This document shows, piece after piece, positions 37,531 to 47,958 of a DNA stretch of 64,000 nt. The position numbers were made by a program, and so were the translations under genes. The DNA is from Patescibacteria group bacterium (GTDB taxonomy: Bacteria > Patescibacteriota > Minisyncoccia > Phycocordibacterales > UBA918): assembly GCA_019745315.1 (NCBI GenBank), contig JAIETH010000002.1, positions 98,306 to 162,305 of the forward strand, given 5' to 3'. The stretch's first letter is position 1; every line of letters begins with the position of its first letter. Under the pieces are notes generated by a model. The model was not told the DNA's origin and did not search any database. It saw nothing but the letters and a program-made list of their open reading frames with translations.

Positions 37531-38502
37531 ATGTCAAGTACTACACCAACCTCACATCTTGATCAAACACTCCGTCCCATTTTATGGGAAGAATATGTGG
37601 GTCAAAGTAAGGTTAAAGAAAACCTTAGAATCCTACTCACCGCCGCACGAGAACGCGGCCACGCAGCAGAACACATCCTCCTTTACGGACCCCCAGGACT
37701 AGGAAAGACGACCCTTGCCCACCTCATAGCACGAACACTTGGAACAAATATGCGCATAACGTCCGGACCAGCCATTGAGCGTGTTGGAGACCTTGCGGCA
37801 ATACTTACCAATCTTGCTCCTGGCGACGTACTTTTTATAGACGAGATACACCGACTCTCAAAATCAATTGAAGAAGTACTCTACCCTGCCATGGAATCTG
37901 GCGTACTCGATATTATTATAGGCAAAGGGCCATCAGCACGAACTGTTCAGCTTGATTTACCTCCATTCACCTTGGTGGCAGCAACAACGCGCATATCACT
38001 TCTCTCCGCCCCCCTTCGTTCTCGATTTTCGGGAGGAACCTTTCGTCTTGAGTTTTATTCAGATGATGAAATGATCACCATCCTTAAGAGATCGGCGTCT
38101 GTGCTTGGTATACCAGCGGACGATGTAGTTTTTTCTCATATTGCATCTCGAAGTCGTGCGACGCCGCGAACTGCAAACTACCTTCTCAAGCGATGCAGAG
38201 ATCTCGCACAACTTGAAGGAAGCGAACTGACTGCTTCTATCATCGACAGAACATTTGCACTTCTTGATATCGATACAAAAGGACTGCATGCACCGGACAG
38301 AGAGCTCTTGCGAACCATTATTGAGAAATTTAAAGGAGGGCCTGTCGGACTTAACACCCTGGCTGCAGCTCTAAGTGAAGAACAAGCGACTATTGAGGAT
38401 GTTATTGAGCCATATCTCCTTCGACTCGGTCTTATTGAACGAAGTCCTCGTGGTCGCATGGCAACCCATAAGGCATATGAACATCTAGAGCGTGAAGGAT
38501 AA
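37531..38502 (+). CDS. ruvB: Holliday junction helicase RuvB
   Basis: LRP..EEYVGQ, GPPGLGKTT, FIDEIHRL and EPYL motifs. Confidence 0.97.
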   Translation: MSSTTPTSHLDQTLRPILWEEYVGQSKVKENLRILLTAARERGHAAEHILLYGPPGLGKTTLAHLIARTLGTNMRITSGPAIERVGDLAAILTNLAPGDVLFIDEIHRLSKSIEEVLYPAMESGVLDIIIGKGPSARTVQLDLPPFTLVAATTRISLLSAPLRSRFSGGTFRLEFYSDDEMITILKRSASVLGIPADDVVFSHIASRSRATPRTANYLLKRCRDLAQLEGSELTASIIDRTFALLDIDTKGLHAPDRELLRTIIEKFKGGPVGLNTLAAALSEEQATIEDVIEPYLLRLGLIERSPRGRMATHKAYEHLEREG

Positions 38503-38519
38503 ACCAAAAACTATTTAGT

Positions 38520-39059
38520 ATGTCGGGACACAATAAGTGGTCAAAAATAAAACACAAGAAGGCTGCAACTGACGCGCGTAAGAGTAAAGTTTTTACCAAA
38601 CATGCACGATCTATTGCTATAGAATCAAAAAAAGTTGACGGTAACAAGAATTCGCCAAGTCTTCGTGCCGCAATTGAGCGTGCACGAGCAGATTTAATGC
38701 CAAATGAAAATATAGAGCGAGCGATCTCAAAAGGAATAGGCGCTGATGTTGAAATAACTGAAGAAATTCTCTACGAAACATATGGTGGTGGAGGTGTAGG
38801 AATTTTAATAAGCACGATCACAGATAACAGAAACCGCACGAGCCAAGAGATAAAACACATTCTTTCAAAGTTTGGATATCAACTTGGTGTCCCTGGATCT
38901 GCTTCGTGGGCTTTCACAAAGCGTGAGAACGGTTTTGTTCCGAACGCCCCTATTGTTCTATCTGAAGAACAAGGAGAGAGTTTAGCACTCTTTGTTGAGG
39001 CGCTTGAGGAACATGACGATGTTCAAGATGTGTATACTACAGCAGATGATGCCTACTAA
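38520..39059 (+). CDS. YebC/PmpR-family protein (short form)
   Basis: MSGHNKWSKIKHKK, TDNRNRT and LEEHDDVQDVY motifs. Confidence 0.93.
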   Translation: MSGHNKWSKIKHKKAATDARKSKVFTKHARSIAIESKKVDGNKNSPSLRAAIERARADLMPNENIERAISKGIGADVEITEEILYETYGGGGVGILISTITDNRNRTSQEIKHILSKFGYQLGVPGSASWAFTKRENGFVPNAPIVLSEEQGESLALFVEALEEHDDVQDVYTTADDAY

Positions 39060-39060
39060 T

Positions 39061-39531
39061 ATGCGCGTACTCGCCATAGATCCTGGATATGATCGACTTG
39101 GTGTTGCCGTTCTTGATAAAAACCTAAAGAATGGTGACCTTTTGTTTTCTACGTGTATTATCACTGAAAAAGCAGATGATTTTTCAGTGCGGATGAAACA
39201 TATTGCACACAAAGTAGAAAATTTACTCCTTACATACAAGCCGACCATCGTAGCGCTTGAGCGACTTTATTTTAATACGAATCAGAAGACTGCTTTACAG
39301 GTTGCAGAAGTACGGGGTGTTATGGTATATCTTGCAAAGACTCATTCATGCACCTTGGTCGAGTACACTCCACAAGAAATAAAGGTGGCAGTAACTGGCT
39401 ACGGTAAGAGTGATAAAAAGCAAGTTGCCTTTATGGTGAAGCGGCTTATCACTAACGTAAAAGAAGGGGCGCTTGATGATGAGTATGACGCAATTGCTAT
39501 AGGGATAACGGCTTTGGCACGCGAACGCTAG
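39061..39531 (+). CDS. ruvC: Crossover junction endodeoxyribonuclease
   Basis: LAIDPG, EYTPQEIKVAVTGYG and DDEYDAIA motifs. Confidence 0.95.
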   Translation: MRVLAIDPGYDRLGVAVLDKNLKNGDLLFSTCIITEKADDFSVRMKHIAHKVENLLLTYKPTIVALERLYFNTNQKTALQVAEVRGVMVYLAKTHSCTLVEYTPQEIKVAVTGYGKSDKKQVAFMVKRLITNVKEGALDDEYDAIAIGITALARER

Positions 39532-39644
39532 AAGCGTAAACACATAACGCTCCCTATGTGGATGCATTATCCACATAGGAGGTTGTAAAGAAAAAAATTA
39601 CTACGTACACTCTCATACAACTACTAATAAGAAACGATATCGAC

Positions 39645-39944
39645 ATGCTTGCATTTGTACAACACGATGACGAAATAGAAGAAGAGATCGATGAAGACGA
39701 TCTCGTTCTTCCGGCTGAGGGGATTGAACTACCAGAGGAGGATGAGGAGGAGCTTGCTGAGGATGTTATCGACGGCCTCGGACTTGACCCAGCACTCATT
39801 GACGGCGACCTCGTAGAAGAGGTTGCAAAAGAGAAGCCTGTAGAGGATATTGATGCCCTTGATGAGCCACCAGCAGCATACGAAGAGGATGAAGATGGAG
39901 ATCTCGAAGGAGATTACGACTCATTTGATGATGAGGACGAATAA
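39645..39944 (+). CDS. Highly acidic small protein
   Basis: 99 aa dominated by D/E; followed by a terminator. Confidence 0.65.
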   Translation: MLAFVQHDDEIEEEIDEDDLVLPAEGIELPEEDEEELAEDVIDGLGLDPALIDGDLVEEVAKEKPVEDIDALDEPPAAYEEDEDGDLEGDYDSFDDEDE

Positions 39945-39970
39945 AAAAAGCCCCGTACGGGGCTTTTTTT
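39943..39970 (+). terminator. Intrinsic terminator
   Basis: AAAAAAAGCCCCG-TA-CGGGGCTTTTTTT. Confidence 0.8.
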
Positions 39971-40043
39971 ATTCGTCCTCACTCTTTGGTTAGCATCATT
40001 GACAATAGGGTTTACGCTAAGTATGGTACTATTTTACTTACAT

Positions 40044-42221
40044 ATGCATAAACTATCAGAGAAAACAAAGCAAAGAATCATACATATCGGCATAGATGTT
40101 GCCATTGGAGTAGGTGTGCTTGGACTACTTATCGGAGGAGTGCTTCTTTTATGGGTCTCTACCCTCGAAATCCCTGACCTATCAGCGTTCGAGCAGCGTC
40201 GCGTCCTCCAATCAACAAAGATATATGATCGCACAGGCGAGGTGCTTCTCTATGACCTTCATCAAGATGTCAAAAGAACAATTGTGCCGTATGAAGAAAT
40301 ATCGCGTCACATAAAGAACGCCACCGTTGCCATTGAGGACGACAGTTTCTTTGAGCATAGTGGTATTCGTCCCCTTTCTATAATTCGTGCAGTACTTGCA
40401 AACCTCCAGGGAGGAAACCTCCTCGGAGGACAGGGAGGATCAACCATAACTCAGCAAGTGATAAAAAACTCAGTACTCATGCAGGAAAAAACTCTTTCAC
40501 GGAAAGTAAAAGAGTGGATCCTCGCTTTGAAGCTCGAACGGGAATTAAGCAAGGATCAAATCCTTGGTCACTACCTCAATGAATCTCCGTACGGGGGAAC
40601 ACTGTATGGTGTGGAAGAAGCAAGCCGTGCTTTTTTTGGTAAATCCGCAAGCAACGTAACCTTGGCAGAAGCAGCGTATATCGCTTCCCTTCCCCAAGCG
40701 CCGACATATCTCTCTCCATACGGACAACACAGAGACGCCCTTGAGGCACGCAAAAATCTAACTCTCAAGCGCATGTATGAATTGGGGTCTATTACAGAAG
40801 AAGAATATAACGCCGCTCTTACTGAGGAGGTTTCCTTTAAAACTCAAATAACCACAGGGATCAGAGCCCCGCACTTCGTGTTTTATGTACGCGAATATCT
40901 TGCGCGAACATATGGCGAAGAACTACTTGCAGAGCGAGGGTTTAAGGTCATCACCACTCTTGACGCAGAACTTCAAGAAAAAGCCGAGGAGATAGTAAAG
41001 AAGTATGCTCTACAAAACGAAACTACCTATAATGCTGAAAATGCAGCACTCGTTGCCACAGATCCAAAAACTGGAGACATTTTGGTTATGGTTGGGTCAC
41101 GCGATTATTTTGATGAAAATATAGATGGTGAATACAACATCGCTCTTGCAAACCGTCAACCAGGGTCTTCTTTTAAACCTTTTGTGTACGCGACGGCTTT
41201 CAAAGAGGGTTATACTCCTGATACCGTAGTATTTGATCTTAAAACACAGTTTTCTACCAGCTGTGAACCCTCTTTCCTTGAAACAACTGACACCTGTTAC
41301 GCCCCTGGAAACTATGATGATGCATTCCGTGGGCCAATGTCTTTTAGAAATGCCCTTGCTCAATCAATAAACGTACCGGCTGTTAAGGCTCTTTATCTCG
41401 TAGGTATCTCTGACGCCATTAAAACTGCTCAAGATCTTGGAATAACTACCCTTGCGGATAAGGCGCGCTATGGGCTCACATTAGTACTTGGAGGTGGAGA
41501 GGTAAAGCTTTTAGAGATGGTTGGAGCATACGGAACATTTGCTAATGAGGGAGAGCGTAACGACGTCACTGGCATCCTTCGCATTGAGGACGCGAGCGGA
41601 AACATTGTTGAAGAACAAAAGCTTAATCCTCGTCGGATGATCGATCGGCAAGTAGCACTTCAAATCTCTGACGTGCTCTCTGACAATGCAGCACGCACAC
41701 CTTCGTATGGAGCAAGCTCCCCTCTTCATTTTCCTGGACGAGATGTGGCTGTAAAAACAGGAACGACGAACGACTATCGTGATACATGGATAGTAGGATA
41801 CACACCTACAATTGCGGTTGGTGCGTGGGCAGGAAATAATGATAATAGTTCAATGGCGAAAAAGGTTGCTGGTTTTATCGTTTCTCCTCTATGGCGTGAA
41901 TTTATGGACTTTGCCATAACAAAACGTCCTGACGAAAATTTTGCTGAGCCGGAAGCAACTCCTACCAACCTAAAACCTATATTGCGAGGCATATGGTTTG
42001 ACACAGACACTCTTTCTTCAAGAAGCGGAAGTATCCCTGACACCTCTCTCCAGAACACTATTTCTAGTGCACATGATATTTTGTACTTCGTAGACAAAGA
42101 CAATCCACAAGGACCTAACCCACGTAATCCAGAGAATGATCCTCAATTTTCATACTGGGAATACCCTGTTTCTTTGTGGAAGTCAGGGCTTATTGGTGCT
42201 TCACAAACAAGCGGAAACTAA
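40044..42221 (+). CDS. Class A penicillin-binding protein (PBP1A family)
   Basis: EDDSFFEH, GGSTITQQ, RKVKE; SSFK, SIN and KTG motifs. Confidence 0.95.
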   Translation: MHKLSEKTKQRIIHIGIDVAIGVGVLGLLIGGVLLLWVSTLEIPDLSAFEQRRVLQSTKIYDRTGEVLLYDLHQDVKRTIVPYEEISRHIKNATVAIEDDSFFEHSGIRPLSIIRAVLANLQGGNLLGGQGGSTITQQVIKNSVLMQEKTLSRKVKEWILALKLERELSKDQILGHYLNESPYGGTLYGVEEASRAFFGKSASNVTLAEAAYIASLPQAPTYLSPYGQHRDALEARKNLTLKRMYELGSITEEEYNAALTEEVSFKTQITTGIRAPHFVFYVREYLARTYGEELLAERGFKVITTLDAELQEKAEEIVKKYALQNETTYNAENAALVATDPKTGDILVMVGSRDYFDENIDGEYNIALANRQPGSSFKPFVYATAFKEGYTPDTVVFDLKTQFSTSCEPSFLETTDTCYAPGNYDDAFRGPMSFRNALAQSINVPAVKALYLVGISDAIKTAQDLGITTLADKARYGLTLVLGGGEVKLLEMVGAYGTFANEGERNDVTGILRIEDASGNIVEEQKLNPRRMIDRQVALQISDVLSDNAARTPSYGASSPLHFPGRDVAVKTGTTNDYRDTWIVGYTPTIAVGAWAGNNDNSSMAKKVAGFIVSPLWREFMDFAITKRPDENFAEPEATPTNLKPILRGIWFDTDTLSSRSGSIPDTSLQNTISSAHDILYFVDKDNPQGPNPRNPENDPQFSYWEYPVSLWKSGLIGASQTSGN

Positions 42222-42511
42222 ATGAGTGCTTGAGGGGTTTGCGACCCTAATTCTTCTGAGCACTTCTCAAGAATTTGTTTTTTTCTCAAAAGTAATTCTG
42301 TTTTAGCTGGACCAGAAAGAGTTATAGAGAGTGTTTTATTGTGTGCGTTATATCGCACATATTCTTTTTTTAGAGCAAAACCACATACTTCATATACGAC
42401 TTTTATACAAACCTGTACAACAGTACCTTGTGGGGCTTTAAGGTTTTTATATTTTAAAAGGAGGTTACCTACTGTTTGTATATTTTTTCCTCGAACACCT
42501 CCGTGATCCAT
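42218..42511 (-). CDS. Hypothetical protein, possibly DciA/DUF721-like
   Basis: Immediately downstream of dnaN; TLSITLSGPAKTELLLRKKQIL. Confidence 0.5.
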   Translation of the reverse strand: MDHGGVRGKNIQTVGNLLLKYKNLKAPQGTVVQVCIKVVYEVCGFALKKEYVRYNAHNKTLSITLSGPAKTELLLRKKQILEKCSEELGSQTPQALI

Positions 42512-42512
42512 A

Positions 42513-43607
42513 TTATTTATTCATCGGCATTACAAGGTAGCGAATGGTGTTTTCCCGTACACTCTCCATAACCATAGGCCTTCCTACGCCCGCAAAATGC
42601 ATCACAACGCTTTCTCCAGGCATATGTGCGAGTGGATCACTTAAATACTTCTGATTGAAGCTGAGGGCTAACTCTTCTCCTTCTAGAGATGCTGGCACCC
42701 TGCCCTCTGTTTTCCCTGACTCGCCTCCATCACTCGAGACCACAAGAGTATTCTGATTGAGGGTTAACTTCACCTGTAGAAACTTGTTTGCAAATAAGTT
42801 TGTCATTTTAAGCGCATGCTCGAGATCAGCACTCAACAGCGTGACATGCGAAACAAACTCTTTTGGAATAATTTGCACATAATCAGGAAAAGATCCTTCT
42901 GTGAGTCGTGTTGTTATATATGTTCCGTCTTTAAAATAAAATGCCATTTGACCCTCCCCAACCACACAATCAGGGTCAGAGCCCATAACCTCAAGGACTC
43001 GAGCAATTTCAAGAGCGTTTTTCTGAGGAATGAGAAGTGGGTTTTCAAGAGTTATATTTGACTGAGAAACTGTTTTTTCCACCAAACGAAATGAGTCTGT
43101 CGCAACAAACGTAAGACTTCGTTCTTTCTTTTGAGCAACATATACACTCCCCAACTCTGGCTTAATCGTCGATTGGGATGCAGCGAAGGCTACAGTCTTT
43201 ATACCAAGAGCAAACAGTGCTCCATCAAGTCGTTCTTTTTTTCCTTGCAACTCTGGTATATGAGGAAACTCTTGTGGTGGAAATACGTTTACGGTAGTTT
43301 GTGAACCTCGAGAGTTTATAACTAAAACCTCTCCATCTGTCTTCAGTGTAATAACGTCATCCTGCATAAGAGAGATCGTTTGAAGGAGAAGTGAACTTGG
43401 AACAGCAACAGTCCCTTCCTCAGAAACAACACCAGAAACGAGTGAGGTAATACCTATCTCTAAATTAGTTCCCGAAAAGAGGGCGCCATTCTCCACTGTT
43501 GTTATAGAGACACATTGAAGTATTGGAAGCGTAGGATGTTTTGTTGCGACTCGAGCTATAAGCTCTAGCTTTTTCAACAAGTCATTCTTTTTAATTTCTA
43601 TGTGCAT
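42513..43607 (-). CDS. dnaN: DNA polymerase III beta clamp
   Basis: GTNLEIG, VATDSFRL, GSFPDY and YLVMPM motifs. Confidence 0.96.
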   Translation of the reverse strand: MHIEIKKNDLLKKLELIARVATKHPTLPILQCVSITTVENGALFSGTNLEIGITSLVSGVVSEEGTVAVPSSLLLQTISLMQDDVITLKTDGEVLVINSRGSQTTVNVFPPQEFPHIPELQGKKERLDGALFALGIKTVAFAASQSTIKPELGSVYVAQKKERSLTFVATDSFRLVEKTVSQSNITLENPLLIPQKNALEIARVLEVMGSDPDCVVGEGQMAFYFKDGTYITTRLTEGSFPDYVQIIPKEFVSHVTLLSADLEHALKMTNLFANKFLQVKLTLNQNTLVVSSDGGESGKTEGRVPASLEGEELALSFNQKYLSDPLAHMPGESVVMHFAGVGRPMVMESVRENTIRYLVMPMNK

Positions 43608-43855
43608 AACTTTATTGTATCTTTTTAATTAAAAAATATTTTTACTATTAGGGGTGTTGATATGGGTATTTCTCTATAAAACGTTTTAAAATAAAGTCTT
43701 TTTACCCCCAGACTATTAGAGAGATGTGTAATTTGTATCCACAGACAGAAATATTTTTTTGCATGTGGGTATAACTACACCCTTTGGAGTACCTCTTTGT
43801 GTTGATAGGAACAATTTTTCCTACATATACACATGAGAAATCCACACCTTATCCC
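43608..43855. other. Probable oriC segment (dnaA-dnaN intergenic)
   Basis: AT-rich tract at ~43610-43700 plus degenerate DnaA boxes (GTATCCACA 43735, TGTGGGTAT 43764, AAATCCACA 43838). Confidence 0.65.
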
Positions 43856-45235
43856 TCACTTTAAAAGAGCACGAATCTGACCAAGTTCTTCTTCGAGGAG
43901 TGTATCCCCTTTTAAATCTTTTTTAATCTTTTCGCATGAGTGGATTACTGTAGTGTGATCTCTTCCTCCCATCTTTTGTCCGATGGCTGGGTACGATATT
44001 TGGAAATCTTCTCGAAGGATATACATAATGAGTTGTCGAGGCTTCACCACCTCTTTCCGACGAGTCTTCTCATAAATACTTTCAGGTTCAATATCAAAGA
44101 AGCGTGCTATTTTTTCAACAACATCTGCTACTGCAAGAGACTTACGTGGACGAGTGCTGTTTTTTATAAGAGATTTTACTTCGTCTATCTCAAGTGCGCG
44201 TCCAGAGAGCTGAGACTGACACATGATGGTGTTAAGTGCTCCTTCGAGCTCACGAATATTTCCCTCAATTGTTTGAGCAAGGTGTTCGATAACGCTCTCG
44301 GTAAGCATTATGTTGTTTTGTGCCGCCTTTGCACGAAGTATTGCTATGCGTGACTCAAAATCAGTGCGAGGTATATCAACAATCATTCCCTGCGCAAATC
44401 GTGACTGAAGACGCTCTTCCATGTTGTGCATAAGGCGCGGATGAACATCAGATGAAAACACAATCTGCTTGTTATTGTCGTGAAGCGCATTAAATAGATG
44501 AAAGAGCTCTTCTTGAGTTTTCTCCTTATTAGAGAGAAACTGCACATCGTCCATGATGAGTGTGTCGTACTGGCGGTACTTGTCCTTAAAGTTATTGGCG
44601 GTTCCGTTTTGAAGAGAGTTCATATAATCCACAGTAAAACGCTCGCTCGTGACGTAAAAAACTTTTTTCCCTTGTTTTTTAAGGTGGTTACCAATCGCTT
44701 GGATCAAGTGTGTCTTTCCGTGACCTGTAGGTCCATATATAAACAGTGGGTTGTAGGCTATTCCAGGCTCACGAGCAACTGTCTGAGCAGCTGCATGGGC
44801 AAGTTGATTAAATGGACCAACAACAAAACTCTGAAAGGTATATTTCGGATTAAGATTGTCGCTCTTATTTATGTAGTACTCCTCAAGAGGGAGCGCCGCA
44901 TTCACTGTTTGAGGCTTTACCTTATCTATTTTCTTGTCAGTGCGTGCAACAACCGTATATTCGACATTCCGCACATGGTGTGAAAGGTCGCGCAGTGTTT
45001 TTAGTATGAGGCTATGGAATTTATCGGAAAGCCAGTCACGTACAAACACACTTGGTACACCGAGGGTTATGGTCCCATCTTCGAAAGACACTATATGTGT
45101 ATCTCGGAACCACGTTTTAAAGTTAGCAGTTGATATTGAGAGCTCAATATTGACCAACGAATTGTCCCACAGCTGTTTTACATCAAGATATTCAGTACGA
45201 AGTGCATGTATTGAGGTTTGAGAAGAAGCATTCAT
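43856..45235 (-). CDS. dnaA: Chromosomal replication initiator
   Basis: LNPKYTF, YNPLFIYGPTGHGKTHL, DDVQF, RELEGAL and GRDHTTV motifs. Confidence 0.97.
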   Translation of the reverse strand: MNASSQTSIHALRTEYLDVKQLWDNSLVNIELSISTANFKTWFRDTHIVSFEDGTITLGVPSVFVRDWLSDKFHSLILKTLRDLSHHVRNVEYTVVARTDKKIDKVKPQTVNAALPLEEYYINKSDNLNPKYTFQSFVVGPFNQLAHAAAQTVAREPGIAYNPLFIYGPTGHGKTHLIQAIGNHLKKQGKKVFYVTSERFTVDYMNSLQNGTANNFKDKYRQYDTLIMDDVQFLSNKEKTQEELFHLFNALHDNNKQIVFSSDVHPRLMHNMEERLQSRFAQGMIVDIPRTDFESRIAILRAKAAQNNIMLTESVIEHLAQTIEGNIRELEGALNTIMCQSQLSGRALEIDEVKSLIKNSTRPRKSLAVADVVEKIARFFDIEPESIYEKTRRKEVVKPRQLIMYILREDFQISYPAIGQKMGGRDHTTVIHSCEKIKKDLKGDTLLEEELGQIRALLK

Positions 45236-45432
45236 ACAAAAAGTCTTAAGCATTATACTCTCCACAGTCTGCATGTAAACAGCTGAGCGTAAAAAATACA
45301 AAACTAGTGTGAAATAACGATATCCCACACCCAAAATAGATGACTGTGTACAACTCTGTGTATAGCTGTATATAAAAAAGCTCGTCAAGTACGGTGGTTG
45401 AAATATGTTTGTGTATGGTGTATTGTGTGCGC

Positions 45433-45570
45433 ATGTCAAAAAGAACCTATCAGCCAAAGAAGCGCAAGCGTGCAACCACCCACGGTTTCTTGGCGCGCAC
45501 AAAAACAGCAGGAGGAAAGGCTGTGCTTCAGGCACGTCGAAGAAAGGGACGAGCTAAATTAGCTGTCTAA
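45433..45570 (+). CDS. rpmH: 50S ribosomal protein L34
   Basis: Manual translation [45 protein letters not shown]. Confidence 0.95.
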   Translation: MSKRTYQPKKRKRATTHGFLARTKTAGGKAVLQARRRKGRAKLAV

Positions 45571-45571
45571 T

Positions 45572-45919
45572 ATGCTGAAAGCGAGCGCTCGTCTCTCTCG
45601 AGAGGAGTTTATGAAAGCTTTTAAAGGCGCACGAAGAGTGCGCTTTCCTGGTATTCAGGTTTTGTATTCCCCAGACTCGTCCTTCAAGGTTTCGGCAGTT
45701 GTTTCTAAAAAAATAGCCTCTACGGCGGTGAGGAGAAATTATATGCGTCGGTCAGTCTATGCTGCTGCACGAGACTGGTATACGAGTGCTCCACACGCTA
45801 CGGGTACATATATATTTGTCCTCCAGTCTGACGCAAAATCTATATCCATAAGCACACTTCATGATTCTGTGATGCTGGGTATAGAATCTTTCCTTCCCCC
45901 AACCACGTATTCAAGGTAG
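45572..45919 (+). CDS. rnpA: RNase P protein component
   Basis: VVSKKIASTAVRRNYMRR; synteny after rpmH. Confidence 0.88.
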   Translation: MLKASARLSREEFMKAFKGARRVRFPGIQVLYSPDSSFKVSAVVSKKIASTAVRRNYMRRSVYAAARDWYTSAPHATGTYIFVLQSDAKSISISTLHDSVMLGIESFLPPTTYSR

Positions 45920-45929
45920 AATAGCGACC

Positions 45930-46670
45930 ATGTGGACTACCATTTGGCATACTTTCTTTTTTGATCCAACATACAACCTTCTTATTTTTATTGCTGGGCT
46001 TGTGCCTGGAGGGGATGTTGGTATTGCTATTATTGCATTCACCATCGTGATGAAGCTTATACTCCTCCCCCTTTCCCTAAAGGCTGCGCATACACAGTAT
46101 GTTATGCGACTGTTGGAGCCTCGTCTAAATGAGATTAAAGAAAAGTATAAAGAAAATAGAGAGGAGCTTGCTAAGAAAACAATGGCTGCCTACAAAGAGG
46201 CTGGTGTTAATCCACTCCTGAGCATTCTTCTGTTGTTCATCCAAATTCCAATACTCATAGCACTTTTCTTTGCAGTTGCTTCTGGAGGGGGCGTTAAGTT
46301 GCCCGATGTTAATGTGGATCTTCTGTATTCATTCATCTCGCACCCAGGGATGCTCACCATGCAGTTTTTTGGTGCCTTCGATATAACTCAAAAGAGTATC
46401 GTGCTAGCACTCTTGGCGGGTGTTACACAATATATACAAGGACATATATCCCTTCCCCCTCTTAAGGAAAAGACGAGTACAGAGCCAAATCTTAAAGACG
46501 ACCTTGCACGTAGTATGCAGCTCCAAATGAAGTATATGATGCCTATCGTCATCGCTATCGCTGCATTTACTACCTCTGCTGCGATTGCTCTCTACTTTGT
46601 GGTCAGTAACCTCATGGCTATTGCTCAAGAGTATGTTGTACGGAAACAGATTCCTAATCGCCACGTATAA
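45930..46670 (+). CDS. yidC: Membrane protein insertase
   Basis: KLILLPL, YKEAGVNP, IQIPI and LYFVVSN motifs. Confidence 0.92.
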   Translation: MWTTIWHTFFFDPTYNLLIFIAGLVPGGDVGIAIIAFTIVMKLILLPLSLKAAHTQYVMRLLEPRLNEIKEKYKENREELAKKTMAAYKEAGVNPLLSILLLFIQIPILIALFFAVASGGGVKLPDVNVDLLYSFISHPGMLTMQFFGAFDITQKSIVLALLAGVTQYIQGHISLPPLKEKTSTEPNLKDDLARSMQLQMKYMMPIVIAIAAFTTSAAIALYFVVSNLMAIAQEYVVRKQIPNRHV

Positions 46671-46729
46671 ACAAAGAAAAAGACCTCGCAAAGCGAGGTG
46701 TTTTTCTAGTTGCTTTCAACTCTTGTAAA

Positions 46730-47917
46730 TTACTGAGGTATGTTATGAAGCCAAAGGCTGTCATCCTTTTTATTTTTGAAAATTGCTCGATATTCGGACA
46801 CGCGTAGGTCTAGCACATCTATCTCTTCTCGAGATTTCTGAGTCAGGTCAAGCGCCACAGAAGTCGCCCCTGTCGATGTTCCCACGGTAAAGAGTGTATC
46901 TGCGTAGGAGACAGTGCCTCTATACCAGTCAACAGGAAATGAGGTTGTTTTCGCGCTATCACTTGCCGCACACAACATGCGTATCTCTGACGCCCCACAT
47001 TTCTCTCGCAAAGTTGCGAGAGAGACAAAGTTTCCAATCCCCGTTTGTATGTTTAAAAGAAGTCCGTACGGATCACTTCCTGAGTTTTTGGTAACCAAGA
47101 GTGTATTGGCATCTATGCGGAGAGCCACAAGGTTTTTTGATTGGTCTATTTTAACGAGATTGTTTCCTGATATTCCGTACAGATAGCCCATAAATCCAAT
47201 CGCTGGTTTTGTGTAGACGTAATGTTTTTTATTCTCCCAGATATCCCACAAAACGGCTCCTTCTCCGAAAGGTAGAGAGAAGATTTGTGAAGCCGTACCA
47301 CTTTGGAGGTTTCGTGAATACCCCAAAAGACCACCCTCCGTACTCTTTCGTGTATAAAAGAGTTGTCCTTGTGCTCCAAATGCAATATTTTCTAGGCGTG
47401 GCGTTTCTTCAAGTGATATTTCAACAGATCCGCTATCTCCTGTGGCGAGGCTTCCAATGAATGTTTCTCCTTGTGTGCCATCTATATCGGTAATAATAAC
47501 GACGCGATTACCCGATGGTGACCAATATGATTCTACAACATACGGAATTGTTTGATTTGACACTCGTGTTTCTATCCCTGTTTCAAGTGAGATGTCGTAT
47601 ACATGCCCTGTACCCTTAGTCATGTAACGTACTACAAGCCCATCCGTGGTTGAGGCGATTACAGCCCCGGCTACAGGCCGTTCGGTGAGCTTGGTAAGCT
47701 CTGCTCCGATAGGTATTGTTCTGTCTTCTTCATAGTCGTCGACCTGATCTTCCAAGGCAACAGGAGTGGGCCCCGTGCTTACTGTAGTATTTTCACCAAA
47801 GATATTGTCCCGAATATCCTCAATGCTTTTTGGAGCACCATTGAGTAATAGATATATCCATACTCCCCCAAGAATGAGGATAAGAAGTACAAGGATGAGT
47901 ATAAATATTTTTTTCAT
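46730..47917 (-). CDS. Membrane-anchored beta-propeller-like hypothetical protein
   Basis: N-terminal TM; GTGHVYDI and WSPSG beta-rich blades. Confidence 0.6.
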   Translation of the reverse strand: MKKIFILILVLLILILGGVWIYLLLNGAPKSIEDIRDNIFGENTTVSTGPTPVALEDQVDDYEEDRTIPIGAELTKLTERPVAGAVIASTTDGLVVRYMTKGTGHVYDISLETGIETRVSNQTIPYVVESYWSPSGNRVVIITDIDGTQGETFIGSLATGDSGSVEISLEETPRLENIAFGAQGQLFYTRKSTEGGLLGYSRNLQSGTASQIFSLPFGEGAVLWDIWENKKHYVYTKPAIGFMGYLYGISGNNLVKIDQSKNLVALRIDANTLLVTKNSGSDPYGLLLNIQTGIGNFVSLATLREKCGASEIRMLCAASDSAKTTSFPVDWYRGTVSYADTLFTVGTSTGATSVALDLTQKSREEIDVLDLRVSEYRAIFKNKKDDSLWLHNIPQ

Positions 47918-47958
47918 AAAGTATTAATTAAAAGAAAGATCATGCATATAAAAAGTTT

